Origin: an uncultured Gammaproteobacteria bacterium
Lineage (GTDB): Bacteria; Pseudomonadota; Gammaproteobacteria; SURF-13
Length of the DNA stretch: 50,734 nucleotides
Assembly: GCA_963925015.1 (NCBI GenBank)
Contig: CAWUTX010000015.1
Location: forward strand, 1-50,734
Direction of reading: 5' to 3'
Both the position numbers and the translations under genes were made by a program. Below the pieces are notes generated by a model, which searched no databases, was not told the origin of the DNA, and saw nothing but the letters and a program-made list of their open reading frames with translations. Below, one piece after another: positions 1 to 11,669 of the stretch. Position 1 is the stretch's first letter; each line of letters begins with the position of its first letter.

Positions 1-105
1 ATCGCCCTGATTGCCCCGATTGCGATGGAAGAAGGTCTGCGCTTTGCTATTCGTGAAGGCGGCAGGACGGTGGGCGCGGGTGTAGTGGCGAAGATACTGG
101 AGTAA
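1..105 (+). CDS. tuf: Elongation factor Tu, 3' end (partial)
   Basis: Frame 1 reads [34 protein letters not shown], the EF-Tu C-terminus; not in ORF track. Confidence 0.97.
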   Translation: MALIAPIAMEEGLRFAIREGGRTVGAGVVAKILE

Positions 106-108
106 TTA

Positions 109-423
109 ATGGCTACTAACCAAAGGATACGCATCAGACTGAAGTCTTTCGATCACCGCCTGATTGATAAATCGGCGCGTGAGATCGTGGAGACCGCGAA
201 GCGCACAGGTGCACATGTGCGTGGGCCGATTCCGTTGCCCAGCAAGATCGAGCGCTTTACCGTGCTGACATCGCCGCACGTCGACAAAGATGCGCGTGAT
301 CAATATGAAATCCGCACCCACAAGCGGCTGATGGATATCGTGGACCCCACCGACAAGACCGTGGACGCGCTGATGAAGCTCGATCTCGCGGCGGGTGTAG
401 ACGTACAGATTAAACTGAATTAG
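109..423 (+). CDS. rpsJ: 30S ribosomal protein S10
   Basis: [15 protein letters not shown]...GPIPLP...HKRLMDI. Confidence 0.99.
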   Translation: MATNQRIRIRLKSFDHRLIDKSAREIVETAKRTGAHVRGPIPLPSKIERFTVLTSPHVDKDARDQYEIRTHKRLMDIVDPTDKTVDALMKLDLAAGVDVQIKLN

Positions 424-433
424 AGACGACATC

Positions 434-1090
434 ATGGCCTTGGGAGTTATTGGACGTAAATGCGGAATGACCCGCGTCTTCACAGACGAAGGGGTTTCCA
501 TTCCTGTCACCGTGATTGAGGTGGAGCCGAATCGTATCAGCCAGGTGAAAACCTTGGACAACGATGGTTATCGCGCGCTTCAGATCACGCTGGGCACGCG
601 GCGTGCGAGCCGTGTCACCAAGGCTGCAGCAGGGCACTTCGCCAAGGCCGGCGTGGCCGCAGGCCGCAGCCTGTGGGAGTTTCGTCTCGACGATAACGAG
701 GGCGAAGGTCTGGCCGCTGGTGCTGAAATCACAGTAGACATGTTCAAGCCAGGCCAAATGGTAGATGTCGCGGGTACGACCATCGGTAAAGGCTTTGCCG
801 GCACCATTAAGCGTCATCATTTCACCATGGGTGATGCCACGCACGGTAACTCGCTGTCGCATCGCGCGCCGGGTTCTATCGGTCAGCGTCAGACGCCGGG
901 CCGCGTGTTCAAGGGCAAGAAGATGGCCGGTCATTTGGGCAACAAGCGCCGCACGGCAGAATGTCTGGAAGTGGTGCGCGTCGATACTGCGCGCAATGTG
1001 CTGCTGGTCAAGGGCGCGGTACCCGGAGCGGCGGGCGGTGATGTGATTGTGCGCCCGTCTTCCAAGACGCGTAACCGGCCAGGAGTGTAA
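434..1090 (+). CDS. rplC: 50S ribosomal protein L3
   Basis: GRKCGMT...[15 protein letters not shown]; S10 operon order. Confidence 0.99.
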   Translation: MALGVIGRKCGMTRVFTDEGVSIPVTVIEVEPNRISQVKTLDNDGYRALQITLGTRRASRVTKAAAGHFAKAGVAAGRSLWEFRLDDNEGEGLAAGAEITVDMFKPGQMVDVAGTTIGKGFAGTIKRHHFTMGDATHGNSLSHRAPGSIGQRQTPGRVFKGKKMAGHLGNKRRTAECLEVVRVDTARNVLLVKGAVPGAAGGDVIVRPSSKTRNRPGV

Positions 1091-1095
1091 GCGAA

Positions 1096-1719
1096 ATGGA
1101 ATTGACACTGACCTCTGTAGGCAAAAAGGGCACACCGGGCGTGATGCAGGTTTCCGATGTTGCCTTTGGCGCCGAATTCAACGAGACATTGGTACACCAG
1201 GTGGTGACCGCCTATCTCGCCGCAGGCCGTGCAGGCACGCACGCACAGAAGACGCGTTCACAAGTGCGTGGCGGCGGAAAAAAGCCGTGGGCACAGAAGG
1301 GTTCAGGCCGTGCGCGCGCAGGTACCTCACGCAGCCCGTTGTGGCGGGGTGGCGGCAAGACATTCGCTGCGGTGACCGGCGACTATTCGCAGAAGGTGAA
1401 TAAAAAGATGTATGGCCGCGCACTGTGTTCGATTTTGTCTGAGCTGGCGCGTCAACAGCGTCTTACCGTGGTGGTGGAGTTTGCGCTGGAGCGCATCAAG
1501 ACCCAGGACTTGATCGACAAGATTGAGACGCTTGGGCTGGGCGATAATGTCCTGATTGTGACCGAGCAGGCGGATGACACGCTCATATTATCTGCGCGCA
1601 ATTTGCACAAAATTGGCGTGTGTGACGTAAAGACGGTTGACCCGGTGAGCCTGGTCGGATTTGAGAAGGTGCTGATGACCGTGGGCGCGATCAAACACTT
1701 CGAAAAGGTGCTGGGATGA
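1096..1719 (+). CDS. rplD: 50S ribosomal protein L4
   Basis: [18 protein letters not shown] motif. Confidence 0.99.
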   Translation: MELTLTSVGKKGTPGVMQVSDVAFGAEFNETLVHQVVTAYLAAGRAGTHAQKTRSQVRGGGKKPWAQKGSGRARAGTSRSPLWRGGGKTFAAVTGDYSQKVNKKMYGRALCSILSELARQQRLTVVVEFALERIKTQDLIDKIETLGLGDNVLIVTEQADDTLILSARNLHKIGVCDVKTVDPVSLVGFEKVLMTVGAIKHFEKVLG

Positions 1720-2015
1720 GTCAAGAATCATTAATGAAGGTGCTGCTTGCGCCGCACATCTCTGAAAAGAGTACGCGCACGGCTGACAAGCACAAGCAGT
1801 TTGTATTCAAGGTGGCGAGCAGCGCGGCCAAGCCGGACATCAAGCAGGCGGTCGAGCTTATGTTCAAGGTCAAAGTGGGCGCTGTGCGTGTGACCAACGT
1901 AAAAGGCAAAGCCAAGCGCGCTGGTGCGCGTGTGGGCCGCCGCTCGGGTTGGAAGAAGGCCTATGTCAGCCTGATGCCTGGGCATGATATCGATTTTACC
2001 GGCGAAGCGAAGTAA
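1716..2015 (+). CDS. rplW: 50S ribosomal protein L23
   Basis: APHISEKS...WKKAYVSL. Confidence 0.98.
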   Translation: MSQESLMKVLLAPHISEKSTRTADKHKQFVFKVASSAAKPDIKQAVELMFKVKVGAVRVTNVKGKAKRAGARVGRRSGWKKAYVSLMPGHDIDFTGEAK

Positions 2016-2026
2016 GGGTACATTTT

Positions 2027-2860
2027 ATGGCACTGGTAAAAACAAAACCTACTTCCCCCGGACGCCGCTTTGTCACCAAGGTGGTGACGGCGGATATGCA
2101 CAAGGGCGCGCCGTATGCGCCGCTGCTTGAGCCGCAGTCAAGAAAGGGCGGGCGCAACAACAATGGCCGCATCACTACGCGTCACCAGGGTGGTGGTCAC
2201 AAGCAGCATTACCGCTTGATCGATTTCAAACGCCAGAAAGACGGCATCCCGGCGCGCGTGGAGCGTATTGAATACGATCCCAACCGCACTGCGCGTATCG
2301 CATTGCTGCTTTACGCAGATGGCGAACGCCGTTACATTATCGCCCCCAAGGATCTGGCGGCGGATTCCAGCGTCATCTCCGGCCCGGAGTCCCCGATCAA
2401 GCCGGGCAATTGTCTGCCATTACGCAACATCCCGGTCGGCAGCACCGTGCATTGCATCGAGATGCAGCCCGGCAAGGGTGCGCAGATGGCGCGCAGTGCT
2501 GGCACATCTGTACAGCTGGTGTCGCGCGAGGGTGATCACGCCGTTCTGCGCTTGCGCTCCGGTGAGATGCGCAAGGTGGCGATCGACTGCCGCGCTACGC
2601 TGGGTGAGGTGGGTAATGCAGAGCACGCGCTACGCTCATACGGCAAGGCAGGCGCGGCGCGTTGGCGCGGTGTACGTCCCACCGTGCGTGGTGTGGCGAT
2701 GAACCCCGTCGACCATCCGCACGGAGGTGGTGAAGGCCGCACCTCGGGCGGACGCCATCCGGTGTCGCCGTCAGGCACGCCAACCAAAGGTTACAAGACA
2801 CGTCAGAACAAACGCACTGACGGCATGATAGTGCATCGTCGTCCCAGAGGCGTAAGGTAA
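2027..2860 (+). CDS. rplB: 50S ribosomal protein L2
   Basis: KPTSPGRR...EYDPNRTA...[14 protein letters not shown]. Confidence 0.99.
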   Translation: MALVKTKPTSPGRRFVTKVVTADMHKGAPYAPLLEPQSRKGGRNNNGRITTRHQGGGHKQHYRLIDFKRQKDGIPARVERIEYDPNRTARIALLLYADGERRYIIAPKDLAADSSVISGPESPIKPGNCLPLRNIPVGSTVHCIEMQPGKGAQMARSAGTSVQLVSREGDHAVLRLRSGEMRKVAIDCRATLGEVGNAEHALRSYGKAGAARWRGVRPTVRGVAMNPVDHPHGGGEGRTSGGRHPVSPSGTPTKGYKTRQNKRTDGMIVHRRPRGVR

Positions 2861-2872
2861 GGAAATAATCGC

Positions 2873-3166
2873 ATGCCACGTTCAGTTAAAAAAGGTCCGT
2901 TTATCGATGCGCATCTCGTCAAGAAGGTCGAGGCGGCGGTCGCCACCAACAGCAAGCGCCCCATCAAGACTTGGTCGCGGCGCTCGATGGTTTTGCCGGA
3001 CATGATCGGCTTCACCATTGCCATACACAATGGCCGTCTACACGTGCCGGTGATGATTACCGACAACATGGTCGGCCACAAACTGGGTGAGTTCGCTCCC
3101 ACCCGTACCTTCAAGGGCCATACCGGCACCGGCGACAAGAAGGCGGCGGCTCCGGCCTCCTCATAA
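2873..3166 (+). CDS. rpsS: 30S ribosomal protein S19
   Basis: [10 protein letters not shown]...[11 protein letters not shown]. Confidence 0.99.
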   Translation: MPRSVKKGPFIDAHLVKKVEAAVATNSKRPIKTWSRRSMVLPDMIGFTIAIHNGRLHVPVMITDNMVGHKLGEFAPTRTFKGHTGTGDKKAAAPASS

Positions 3167-3178
3167 CGAGAGATCACT

Positions 3179-3511
3179 ATGCAAGCCGTCGCGAAATTGA
3201 AGTACACCCACATCTCAGCACAGAAGGGACGTCTGGTCGCGGATCAGATTCGCGGCATGCCGGTTGGTCGCGCGCTGCAACTGCTGGCCTTCAGCCCCAA
3301 AAAGGCGGCCGCCCTGATCAAGAAGGTGCTGGAGTCGGCCATCGCCAACGCCGAGCACAATGTCGGCGCCGACGTCGACGAATTGAAGATATCCTCCATC
3401 TTTGTGGATGGCGGGCCGATGCAAAAACGCATGCATGCGCGTGCCAAGGGTCGTGGCGCACGTATTTTGAAGCGCACCAGTCACATCACCATTACAGTAG
3501 CTGCCAAGTAA
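3179..3511 (+). CDS. rplV: 50S ribosomal protein L22
   Basis: SAIANAEHN...RAKGR...KRTSHITI. Confidence 0.99.
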   Translation: MQAVAKLKYTHISAQKGRLVADQIRGMPVGRALQLLAFSPKKAAALIKKVLESAIANAEHNVGADVDELKISSIFVDGGPMQKRMHARAKGRGARILKRTSHITITVAAK

Positions 3512-3530
3512 CAGGACGCGAGAACAGGCT

Positions 3531-4223
3531 ATGGGTCACAAAGTACATCCTATCGGTATACGCCTCGGCATCGTCAAGGACTGGACGTCCATGTGGTATG
3601 CCGATACCAAGAATTATGCAGATTATCTGAATACCGACCTGCAAGTGCGCGAGTATCTGCGCAAGAAGTTGGCGCAGGCCTCAGTGAGCCGCATCCAGAT
3701 CGAGCGCCCGGCACGCAGCGCGCGCATCACCATCCATACCGCCCGCCCGGGTATTGTGATAGGCAAAAAGGGTGAAGACATCGAGGTGCTGCGCAAGCAT
3801 CTGAGTGCGATGATGGGTATTCCGGTACACGTCAGCGTGGAGGAAATCCGCAAGCCGGAGCTCGACGCCTATCTGGTCGCCGAGAGCATTGCGCAGCAGC
3901 TTGAGAAGCGCATCATGTTCCGCCGCGCCATGAAGCGCGCCGCGACCAACACCATGCGCATCGGCGCCCTCGGCATCAAGATCAATATCGGCGGCCGTCT
4001 CAACGGTGCTGAAATCGCACGTAGCGAGTGGGTGCGTGAGGGACGTGTGCCGTTGCACACCCTGCGTGCCGACATAGACTACGGCCTGGCCGAGGCGCAC
4101 ACCACCTATGGTGTGATTGGCATCAAGGTATGGATATTCAAGGGCGAGGTATTCAAGAAGGCCGAGTTGATGGCTGAAGAAGGCGCCGAAAAAACCGCGG
4201 CCCACGCCGGCGCAGGGGGTTAG
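3531..4223 (+). CDS. rpsC: 30S ribosomal protein S3
   Basis: [13 protein letters not shown]...[14 protein letters not shown]. Confidence 0.99.
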   Translation: MGHKVHPIGIRLGIVKDWTSMWYADTKNYADYLNTDLQVREYLRKKLAQASVSRIQIERPARSARITIHTARPGIVIGKKGEDIEVLRKHLSAMMGIPVHVSVEEIRKPELDAYLVAESIAQQLEKRIMFRRAMKRAATNTMRIGALGIKINIGGRLNGAEIARSEWVREGRVPLHTLRADIDYGLAEAHTTYGVIGIKVWIFKGEVFKKAELMAEEGAEKTAAHAGAGG

Positions 4224-4227
4224 TGTT

Positions 4228-4641
4228 GTGTTGCAGCCCAAGAGAACCAAGTACCGTAAACAGATGAAGGGCCGTAACCGCGGCTTTGCCATGACGGGCA
4301 ACCGCGTGAGCTTCGGCGAGTTTGGTCTGAAATCCACCGGCGCCGGGCAGATTACCGCTCGCCAGATCGAGGCCGCGCGCCGCGCCATGACCCGCCACCT
4401 GAAGCGCGGCGGCAAGGTGTGGATACGCATCTTCCCGGACAAGCCGATCTCCAAGAAACCGCTCGAAGTTCGCATGGGTAACGGCAAGGGTAACGTCGAG
4501 TACTGGGTGGCCATGGTGCAGCCGGGCCGCATGCTGTATGAAATTGAAGGCGTAACCGAGGAAATCGCACGCGAGGCATTCAGACTGGCCTCGTCCAAGC
4601 TCCCGGTACTGACCACGTTTGTAGCGCGTACGGTGATGTGA
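4228..4641 (+). CDS. rplP: 50S ribosomal protein L16 (GTG start)
   Basis: [11 protein letters not shown]...RMGNGKG. Confidence 0.99.
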   Translation: MLQPKRTKYRKQMKGRNRGFAMTGNRVSFGEFGLKSTGAGQITARQIEAARRAMTRHLKRGGKVWIRIFPDKPISKKPLEVRMGNGKGNVEYWVAMVQPGRMLYEIEGVTEEIAREAFRLASSKLPVLTTFVARTVM

Positions 4642-4838
4642 TGAAAGCAACTGAGATGAGAAAGAAGTCGGCGCAAGACCTGAACAAGGAATTGATCGAT
4701 TTGTTGCGTGAGCAATTCAACCTGCGCATGCAAAAGGGCACGGGCCAACTGGCCAAGCCGAGCGCATTGCGCAGCGTGCGTCGCAGCATTGCGCGCGTAA
4801 AAACGATATTGAACGAAACAACAGGTAAGGCGTCATGA
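4641..4838 (+). CDS. rpmC: 50S ribosomal protein L29
   Basis: MKATEMR...EQFNLRMQ...RRSIARVKT; ATG 4641 (GTG 4638 alternative). Confidence 0.97.
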   Translation: MKATEMRKKSAQDLNKELIDLLREQFNLRMQKGTGQLAKPSALRSVRRSIARVKTILNETTGKAS

Positions 4839-5101
4839 AGCAGGAAACCAGCGCAAGTCGCACCGTCACCGGCCGCGTCATCAGCAACAAGATGGACAAG
4901 TCGATTACTCTGCTGGTGGATCGCACCGTGCCGCACCCGATGTACGGCAAGTATGTGAAGCGCACCACCAAGCTGCATGCGCATGACGAGAAGAATGCCT
5001 GCAGCGAAGGCGATCTGGTGTCTGTGGAGCAGTGCCGTCCGCTGTCCAAGACCAAGTCGTGGCGCCTGGTCAAAATTATCGAGAAGGCGGTTGCTGGATA
5101 A
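4835..5101 (+). CDS. rpsQ: 30S ribosomal protein S17
   Basis: KMDKSI...HPMYGKY...RPLSKTKSW. Confidence 0.99.
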   Translation: MKQETSASRTVTGRVISNKMDKSITLLVDRTVPHPMYGKYVKRTTKLHAHDEKNACSEGDLVSVEQCRPLSKTKSWRLVKIIEKAVAG

Positions 5102-5137
5102 CGCGATGTTTATTGGCGTATGAGTAACAGATTTTTG

Positions 5138-5146
5138 TGTTAAAAT
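5138..5146 (+). promoter_or_regulatory. Candidate spc operon promoter (extended -10)
   Basis: TGtTAAAAT in the AT-rich rpsQ-rplN spacer, where the spc promoter is expected. Confidence 0.45.
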
Positions 5147-5191
5147 TAGAAGTTGTGTAACTGAATACTAGAGCCACCTTGGAGATCGTCC

Positions 5192-5560
5192 GTGATACAA
5201 ATGCAAAGCCATCTGGATGTAGCGGATAACAGCGGCGCGCGCCGGGTGATGTGCATCAAGGTGCTGGGCGGCTCACACCGCCGCTACGCCGGCATAGGCG
5301 ACGTCATCAAGGTGAGCATTAAAGAGGCGATCCCGCGCGGCAAGGTCAAGAAGGGCGAGGTGTATGACGCCGTCGTGGTGCGCACGCGCAAAGGCATACG
5401 CCGCGCGGATGGCTCCTTGATCCGTTTCGACACCAATGCTGCGGTACTGCTCAATGCCCAGCAACAGCCGATCGGCACCCGTATCTTCGGGCCGGTGACG
5501 CGTGAATTGCGCAGTGAGAAATTCATGAAGATCATCTCATTGGCACCGGAAGTGTTGTAA
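5192..5560 (+). CDS. rplN: 50S ribosomal protein L14 (GTG start)
   Basis: ADNSGAR...[13 protein letters not shown]...SLAPEVL. Confidence 0.99.
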   Translation: MIQMQSHLDVADNSGARRVMCIKVLGGSHRRYAGIGDVIKVSIKEAIPRGKVKKGEVYDAVVVRTRKGIRRADGSLIRFDTNAAVLLNAQQQPIGTRIFGPVTRELRSEKFMKIISLAPEVL

Positions 5561-5579
5561 CTCAGGATTATAAGGCGTC

Positions 5580-5897
5580 ATGGACAGAATCAAGAAGGGC
5601 GACGAGGTCATCGTCACCACCGGAAAAGACAAAGGCAAGCGTGGCGCAGTGCGTCGCGTCATGGTCAACGACCGCGTGCTGGTTGAAAATATCAACATGG
5701 CGAAACGGCATACCAAGCCGAATCCTGCGCGCGGCGCCAGCGGCGGCATCATCGAGAAAGAGATGCCGCTGCATATCTCGAATGTGGCGATCTACAACCC
5801 GGCCACGAAAAAAGGTGGCCGCATCGGTTTCCGCACCCTTGAGGACGGGCGCAAGGTGCGCTACTTCAAGTCCAATAACGAAGTGCTGGACAGGTAG
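5580..5897 (+). CDS. rplX: 50S ribosomal protein L24
   Basis: KOW motif [14 protein letters not shown]; HISNV. Confidence 0.99.
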   Translation: MDRIKKGDEVIVTTGKDKGKRGAVRRVMVNDRVLVENINMAKRHTKPNPARGASGGIIEKEMPLHISNVAIYNPATKKGGRIGFRTLEDGRKVRYFKSNNEVLDR

Positions 5898-5904
5898 TAC
5901 GATT

Positions 5905-6453
5905 ATGGCAACCGTTGCACGATTAAAGAAACATTACGAAGACGCGGTAGTGAAGGCGCTTACCGAGCAGTTTGCGTACAAGAGCCCGATGCAGGTTCCG
6001 CGCATCACCAAGATCACGCTGAACATGGGCGTGGGCGAGGGTGTTGCGGACAAAAAGATCGTGGACAACGCTGTAGCGGACATGACCAAAATCGCCGCGC
6101 AAAAACCGGTGGTTACCTTTTCGCGCCAGTCCATCGCTGGCTTCAAGATTCGTGAAGGCCTGGCCATCGGCTGCAAGGTAACACTGCGCCGCACCCACAT
6201 GTACGAATTTCTGGATCGGCTGATCAATATCGCCATCCCGCGTATCCGTGATTTTCGTGGCTTTAGTCCGAAGTCGTTTGATGGACGCGGCAACTACAGT
6301 CTGGGTGTGCGTGAGCAGATCATTTTCCCCGAGATCGAATATGACAAAGTCGATGCACTGCGCGGTATGGATATCACCATTACCACCAGCGCGAAGACCG
6401 ACGAAGAAGGGCGCGCATTACTCGCCGCATTTAAATTCCCGTTACGCAGCTAA
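5905..6453 (+). CDS. rplE: 50S ribosomal protein L5
   Basis: PRIRDFRG...[10 protein letters not shown]; start moved to ATG 5905 within ORF 5641..6453. Confidence 0.98.
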   Translation: MATVARLKKHYEDAVVKALTEQFAYKSPMQVPRITKITLNMGVGEGVADKKIVDNAVADMTKIAAQKPVVTFSRQSIAGFKIREGLAIGCKVTLRRTHMYEFLDRLINIAIPRIRDFRGFSPKSFDGRGNYSLGVREQIIFPEIEYDKVDALRGMDITITTSAKTDEEGRALLAAFKFPLRS

Positions 6454-6458
6454 AACCC

Positions 6459-6764
6459 ATGGCCAAGACATCATTAATTAATCGTGAATTAAAGCGCGCC
6501 CGTACTGTGAAAAAGTATGCGGAGAAACGCGCAGCCCTGAAGGCGCAGATGCGCGATCCGAAAGCCAGCGACCAGGTGCACGATGACGCGCGTCGCAAGT
6601 TCGAGGCCCTGCCGCGCAATGCGAGCCCGGTTCGGTTGCATAATCGCTGTCGCATCACCGGCAGGTCGCATGGCTACTATCGCAAGTTCGGATTGGCGCG
6701 CAACAAGCTGCGTGAGGCCGCCATGCGTGGTGATATTCCCGGTCTGGTGAAGGCAAGTTGGTAA
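6459..6764 (+). CDS. rpsN: 30S ribosomal protein S14 (long, non-zinc form)
   Basis: 101 aa, RCRITGR...[11 protein letters not shown]. Confidence 0.99.
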   Translation: MAKTSLINRELKRARTVKKYAEKRAALKAQMRDPKASDQVHDDARRKFEALPRNASPVRLHNRCRITGRSHGYYRKFGLARNKLREAAMRGDIPGLVKASW

Positions 6765-6818
6765 ACAACGGTAGCGAACAGCTAGCTACTGGAAACTGAT
6801 TTTACAGGAACTGACTTT

Positions 6819-7214
6819 ATGAGCATGACCGATCCCATAGCAGATATGCTGACGCGCATCCGGAATGGATTGAGCGCGAAAAAGGCAGAAGTGAGCATGC
6901 CGGCATCGCGCCTCAAGGCGGCGGTAGCCCAGGTGCTGAAAGACGAGGGTTATATCAACGATTACGCGGTACGTGAAGCCGGCGCCAAGCCTAAGCTGCA
7001 TGTCATGTTGAAATACCATGCCGGCAAACCGGTTATCGACCAGTTGCGGCGTGTGAGCCGCCCTGGGTTGCGTGTGTACAGACAGAAGGACAGCCTGCCC
7101 AAGGTGCTGGCTGGTTTGGGTATCGCTATCGTATCAACACCACAAGGCTTAATGACCGACCGTGCTGCGCGTAAAGCAGGCGTTGGTGGCGAAGTTCTGT
7201 GTGTGGTCGCGTAA
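6819..7214 (+). CDS. rpsH: 30S ribosomal protein S8
   Basis: [16 protein letters not shown]. Confidence 0.99.
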   Translation: MSMTDPIADMLTRIRNGLSAKKAEVSMPASRLKAAVAQVLKDEGYINDYAVREAGAKPKLHVMLKYHAGKPVIDQLRRVSRPGLRVYRQKDSLPKVLAGLGIAIVSTPQGLMTDRAARKAGVGGEVLCVVA

Positions 7215-7226
7215 GGGAAGGATGCC

Positions 7227-7760
7227 ATGTCGAGAGTCGCCAAAAACCCCATCCCTGTTCCCAAAGGAGTTGAGGTAGCTTTTCAGGGGCAAGAAATCAC
7301 GGTAAAGAGTGCGAAGGGTTCGTTGCAGCTTACCTTGGATAAGTGCGTTCAAATGCTGTTTGAGAATAATGTCCTCACCTTCTCGCCGCGCGACGGTGAG
7401 ACCCGCTCCGATGCCATGGCGGGTACCACGCGCTCGCTGGTCAACAATATGGTGATGGGTGTTACGCAGGGCTTCAGCAAAAAGCTCGAATTGGTGGGCG
7501 TGGGTTACCGCGCGCAGGTGCAGGGCAAGGTGCTGAATCTTACCTTGGGATTTTCGCACCCGCTCAATTTTGCCGTGCCCCCGGGTATTACAATTGAAAC
7601 ACCTACCCAGACCGAGGTGGTGATCAAGGGCATGGACAAGCAGCAGGTCGGCGCTGTGGCCGCGAAGATTCGCTCGTACCGTCCGCCGGAACCCTACAAA
7701 GGCAAGGGTGTGCGTTATTCCGACGAAGTCGTCGTGCGTAAAGAAGTGAAGAAGAAGTAA
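7227..7760 (+). CDS. rplF: 50S ribosomal protein L6
   Basis: [13 protein letters not shown]. Confidence 0.99.
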   Translation: MSRVAKNPIPVPKGVEVAFQGQEITVKSAKGSLQLTLDKCVQMLFENNVLTFSPRDGETRSDAMAGTTRSLVNNMVMGVTQGFSKKLELVGVGYRAQVQGKVLNLTLGFSHPLNFAVPPGITIETPTQTEVVIKGMDKQQVGAVAAKIRSYRPPEPYKGKGVRYSDEVVVRKEVKKK

Positions 7761-7778
7761 TGGGTAAGGGATAGAGCC

Positions 7779-8132
7779 ATGGACAAGAAAACAGGTCGAT
7801 TACGCCGCGCACTACGCGCGCGTTCAAAAATCAAAGAACTGGAAATGTACCGGTTGTGCGTACACCGCACGCCACGTCACATCTACGCCCAGCTAATCGC
7901 GCCGGGTGGTGCCAAGGTTGTGGCCTGTGCCTCGACACTGGAAGCCGTAATCAAAAGCGTCGTAAAGGGTACGGGTAACGTGGCCGCAGCAGCAGCAGTA
8001 GGCAAGCTGCTGGCCGAGCGTGCCACAGCGGCGGGTATATCCAATGTTGCCTTTGATCGCTCTGGCTTCAAGTACCACGGTCGCGTCAAGTCGCTCGCAG
8101 AGGCTGCGCGCGAAAACGGTCTGCAATTTTAA
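7779..8132 (+). CDS. rplR: 50S ribosomal protein L18
   Basis: [12 protein letters not shown]...ARENGLQF. Confidence 0.99.
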   Translation: MDKKTGRLRRALRARSKIKELEMYRLCVHRTPRHIYAQLIAPGGAKVVACASTLEAVIKSVVKGTGNVAAAAAVGKLLAERATAAGISNVAFDRSGFKYHGRVKSLAEAARENGLQF

Positions 8133-8144
8133 AGGATTGAGAGC

Positions 8145-8651
8145 ATGTCGAGCTACGAAAGCGCGAAGTCGAGTGATGGCTTAAAGGAAAAGCTGGTCAA
8201 CGTAAACCGTGTCGCCAAAGTGGTCAAGGGCGGACGTCAATTCGGCTTCTCCGCGCTGACGGTGGTGGGTGACGGCAACGGCAAGATCGGCCTCGGTCGC
8301 GGCAAGGCACGTGAAGTGCAGGCGGCGATTCAGAAGGCGATGGACGATGCGCGCCGCAACATGCACTCGGTGAGACTGAATGGGCGCACCTTGCAGTATG
8401 CGATCACATCCAACCACGGTGCGACCAAGGTATTCATGTCACCGGCATCGGAAGGCACCGGCATCATCGCTGGCGGCGCCATGCGGGCGGTGTTCGAGGT
8501 GTTGGGCGTGCAGGACGTACTGGCCAAGTGCATCGGCTCTTCCAACCCCATCAACGTAGTACGAGCCACCCTGAAGGGGCTGACGGACATGTCGGCGCCG
8601 GAAGAAATCGCTACCAAGCGCGGCAAGACCGTGGCCGAGATACTGGAGTAG
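8145..8651 (+). CDS. rpsE: 30S ribosomal protein S5
   Basis: [10 protein letters not shown]...[13 protein letters not shown]. Confidence 0.99.
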   Translation: MSSYESAKSSDGLKEKLVNVNRVAKVVKGGRQFGFSALTVVGDGNGKIGLGRGKAREVQAAIQKAMDDARRNMHSVRLNGRTLQYAITSNHGATKVFMSPASEGTGIIAGGAMRAVFEVLGVQDVLAKCIGSSNPINVVRATLKGLTDMSAPEEIATKRGKTVAEILE

Positions 8652-8653
8652 AC

Positions 8654-8845
8654 ATGCCTGCGGCGAAGAAAGTAAAGGTTACATTGGTGCGCAGCAAGCA
8701 TGGGCGTCTGCCACGGCATGTTGCCTGTCTTAAAGGCTTGGGTCTGCGGCGCATGAACCAGAGCGTACAGTTGCAGGACACTCCGGAAGTGCGCGGCATC
8801 ATCAACAAGGTTTCTTATATGGTCAAGGTCGAGGACGTCGCCTGA
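8654..8845 (+). CDS. rpmD: 50S ribosomal protein L30
   Basis: VKVTLVRS...LKGLGLRR...DTPEVRG; start ATG 8654. Confidence 0.97.
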   Translation: MPAAKKVKVTLVRSKHGRLPRHVACLKGLGLRRMNQSVQLQDTPEVRGIINKVSYMVKVEDVA

Positions 8846-9279
8846 TGCATCTCAATACACTAAAACCCGCGCCGGGTGAAAAAACCGTGCGCAAACGCGT
8901 CGGACGTGGCGGTGGCTCCGGCCTCGGCAAGACCTGCGGACGCGGTCACAAGGGTCAGCATGCACGTGCCGGTGGCTATCACAAGGTTGGCTTCGAAGGC
9001 GGCCAGATGCCTATTCAGCGTCGCTTGCCCAAGCACGGCTTTGCTTCACCGACCGCTGATGATACTGCGGAAGTGCGTCTGGATACGCTGCAAAAGCTGA
9101 GCGGCCAGGTCATCGACATGGCGCTGCTCAAGGCGGCAGATCTCGTACCCAAGGCCGTCAAGCGCGTCAAGGTGATCGCTTCCGGCAAGCTGGAGGCTGC
9201 GGTCACAACGCGCGGCCTCGCTGTCACCAAGGGTGCGCGTGTCGCCATTGAGGCTGTCGGCGGCAAGATTGAGGATTAA
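8845..9279 (+). CDS. rplO: 50S ribosomal protein L15
   Basis: [13 protein letters not shown]...FEGGQMP. Confidence 0.99.
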   Translation: MHLNTLKPAPGEKTVRKRVGRGGGSGLGKTCGRGHKGQHARAGGYHKVGFEGGQMPIQRRLPKHGFASPTADDTAEVRLDTLQKLSGQVIDMALLKAADLVPKAVKRVKVIASGKLEAAVTTRGLAVTKGARVAIEAVGGKIED

Positions 9280-10620
9280 GTGTCCGTTACTCGCTCAACC
9301 ATGGCAAGCGCCCTGGGGGGCGTGGGTAAACTCAGCGAGCTGAGGCGGCGCCTGCTGTTCGTGTTAGGCGCGCTGGTAGTGTTTCGTATCGGTGCTCACA
9401 TACCTGTGCCCGGCATTGATCCGGTGGCACTGGCGGCTTTGTTCGAGCAGCAGCGCGGAACTATCGTTGACATGTTCAACATGTTTTCCGGCGGTGCCTT
9501 GGAGCGTCTGTCGGTATTTGCGCTCGGTATCATGCCGTATATTTCGGCCTCCATTATCGTGCAATTGCTTTCGGTGACGCTTCCGTCGCTGATGCAGCTT
9601 AAAAAAGAAGGCGAAGCCGGACGGCGCAAGATTACGCAGTACACACGCCGTGGTACTTTGGTGCTCGCCTTGTTCCAGGCCATCGGTATAGCGATTGCGC
9701 TCCAAAGCCAGAGTAGCGGTGGAGTCTCGGTGGTGATTAACCCGGGCATGAATTTTTTGTTCGTAGCGACGGTCGCACTGGTGACCGGCACCATGTTCCT
9801 GATGTGGCTCGGCGAGCAGGTGACTGAGCGCGGTGTGGGCAATGGTATTTCGATCATTATCTTTGCCAGCATTGTGGCCGGTCTGCCGTCGGCAGTTGGC
9901 GGTACGCTTGAGCTCGCGCGCACCGGTGAGATGCACTTTTTCATTGTACTGGTATTGTTTACGCTAGTACTTGCAGTGACTGCGTTTGTGGCATTCGTGG
10001 AGCGTGGTCAACGGCGGATCCCGGTGAACTACGCCAAGCGTCAGATGGGGCGCAAGATATTTGCAGCGCAGGCAAGCCACCTGCCGCTCAAGTTAAACAT
10101 GGCGGGTGTCATTCCGCCGATTTTTGCATCGAGTATGCTGCTGTTTCCGAGCACCCTCGGCAGTTGGTGGGGCAGCAGTGAAAGCTTGAGTTGGCTGCGT
10201 GATATTGCCACTGCACTGTCGCCCGGACAACCGCTGTATGTGATGTCGTATGCAGCGCTGATTATTTTCTTTTGCTTTTTTTATACGGCGCTGGTGTTTA
10301 ACCCGAAAGAGACGGCGGAGAACCTGAAGAAGTCCGGCGCCTTTGTCCCGGGTATACGGCCCGGTGATCAGACCGCGCATTATATTGACGGCGTTACCAC
10401 GCGGCTCACACTGGCGGGTGCGATCTACGTCACGCTGGTGTGCCTGTTGCCGGAGTTTTTGATCGTGTACTGGAACGTGCCGTTTTATTTCGGCGGTACA
10501 TCGCTGCTGATTATTGTCGTGGTGGTCATGGATTTTATCGCGCAGGTACAGTCGCACTTGATGTCGCATCAGTACGAAGGCCTGTTAAAGAAGGCGAACC
10601 TTAGAGGCCAGCCCCGGTAG
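9280..10620 (+). CDS. secY: Preprotein translocase SecY
   Basis: FSGGAL...[13 protein letters not shown]...PGIRPG; start GTG 9280 or ATG 9301. Confidence 0.99.
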   Translation: MSVTRSTMASALGGVGKLSELRRRLLFVLGALVVFRIGAHIPVPGIDPVALAALFEQQRGTIVDMFNMFSGGALERLSVFALGIMPYISASIIVQLLSVTLPSLMQLKKEGEAGRRKITQYTRRGTLVLALFQAIGIAIALQSQSSGGVSVVINPGMNFLFVATVALVTGTMFLMWLGEQVTERGVGNGISIIIFASIVAGLPSAVGGTLELARTGEMHFFIVLVLFTLVLAVTAFVAFVERGQRRIPVNYAKRQMGRKIFAAQASHLPLKLNMAGVIPPIFASSMLLFPSTLGSWWGSSESLSWLRDIATALSPGQPLYVMSYAALIIFFCFFYTALVFNPKETAENLKKSGAFVPGIRPGDQTAHYIDGVTTRLTLAGAIYVTLVCLLPEFLIVYWNVPFYFGGTSLLIIVVVVMDFIAQVQSHLMSHQYEGLLKKANLRGQPR

Positions 10621-10680
10621 GATGCCGGATCGACCATCCATACATAGCATCATGTACAGATTGTAGTGTGGAGAATTTTT

Positions 10681-10794
10681 ATGAAAGTGCGAGCTTCGGT
10701 AAAAAAGCTGTGTCGTAATTGCAAGGTGCTAAAGCGCAAGGGCGTGGTGCGCGTGGTATGTACCAATGCGCGTCACAAGCAGCGTCAAGGCTGA
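10681..10794 (+). CDS. rpmJ: 50S ribosomal protein L36 (zinc-ribbon form)
   Basis: Read manually: [37 protein letters not shown]; below ORF-track cutoff. Confidence 0.98.
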   Translation: MKVRASVKKLCRNCKVLKRKGVVRVVCTNARHKQRQG

Positions 10795-10808
10795 GCGCAG
10801 CAGATAGT

Positions 10809-10837
10809 TTGATTATTGTTACTTGAATGCGTATAAT
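10809..10837 (+). promoter_or_regulatory. Candidate sigma70 promoter of the alpha operon
   Basis: TTGATT-17 nt-TATAAT upstream of rpsM. Confidence 0.7.
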
Positions 10838-10882
10838 AAATAGTTTTTCAAGGATGTTATTTCTCAGAGCGAGAATAGTTGA

Positions 10883-11242
<360 letters not shown>

Positions 11243-11251
11243 CGGGATTAT

Positions 11252-11656
11252 ATGGTAGTCAAAACAGCAGTCAAAACTGCATCGCGCGCCCGTAAAAAGG
11301 TCAAGAAGAATGTCGTCGATGGCATGGCGCATGTGCATGCCTCGTTCAACAACACCATCATTACGATCACTGACCGCCAGGGCAACGCGCTGAGCTGGGC
11401 CTCTGCGGGTGGCTGCGGCTTCCGTGGCTCGCGCAAGAGCACGCCGTTTGCGGCGCAGGTGGCTGCCGAGAAGGCAGGTACTGCGGCACTGGAGTTCGGC
11501 GTCAAGACGCTTGAGGTGTTTATCAAGGGTCCCGGGCCGGGCCGCGAGTACGCCGTGCGTGCGCTCAATGCGGTAGGTTTCAAGGTTATCAACATCTCCG
11601 ACGTGACACCGATTCCGCATAACGGTTGCCGTCCTCCGAAACGACGTCGCGTTTAA
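11252..11656 (+). CDS. rpsK: 30S ribosomal protein S11
   Basis: ASFNNT...[16 protein letters not shown]. Confidence 0.99.
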   Translation: MVVKTAVKTASRARKKVKKNVVDGMAHVHASFNNTIITITDRQGNALSWASAGGCGFRGSRKSTPFAAQVAAEKAGTAALEFGVKTLEVFIKGPGPGREYAVRALNAVGFKVINISDVTPIPHNGCRPPKRRRV

Positions 11657-11669
11657 GGGTTTTTCTAAA

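Noticed and set aside
3681-4748. Long antisense ORFs (e.g. 3681..4748, 10943..11812, 35381..36643, 39277..40392)
   Set aside because: Shadow frames of conserved genes in high-GC DNA, with no recognisable motifs
5119-5136. tatgagtaacagattttt resembling fragments of family A
   Set aside because: Short and AT-rich, with no arms or GC hairpin; better explained as spc promoter region
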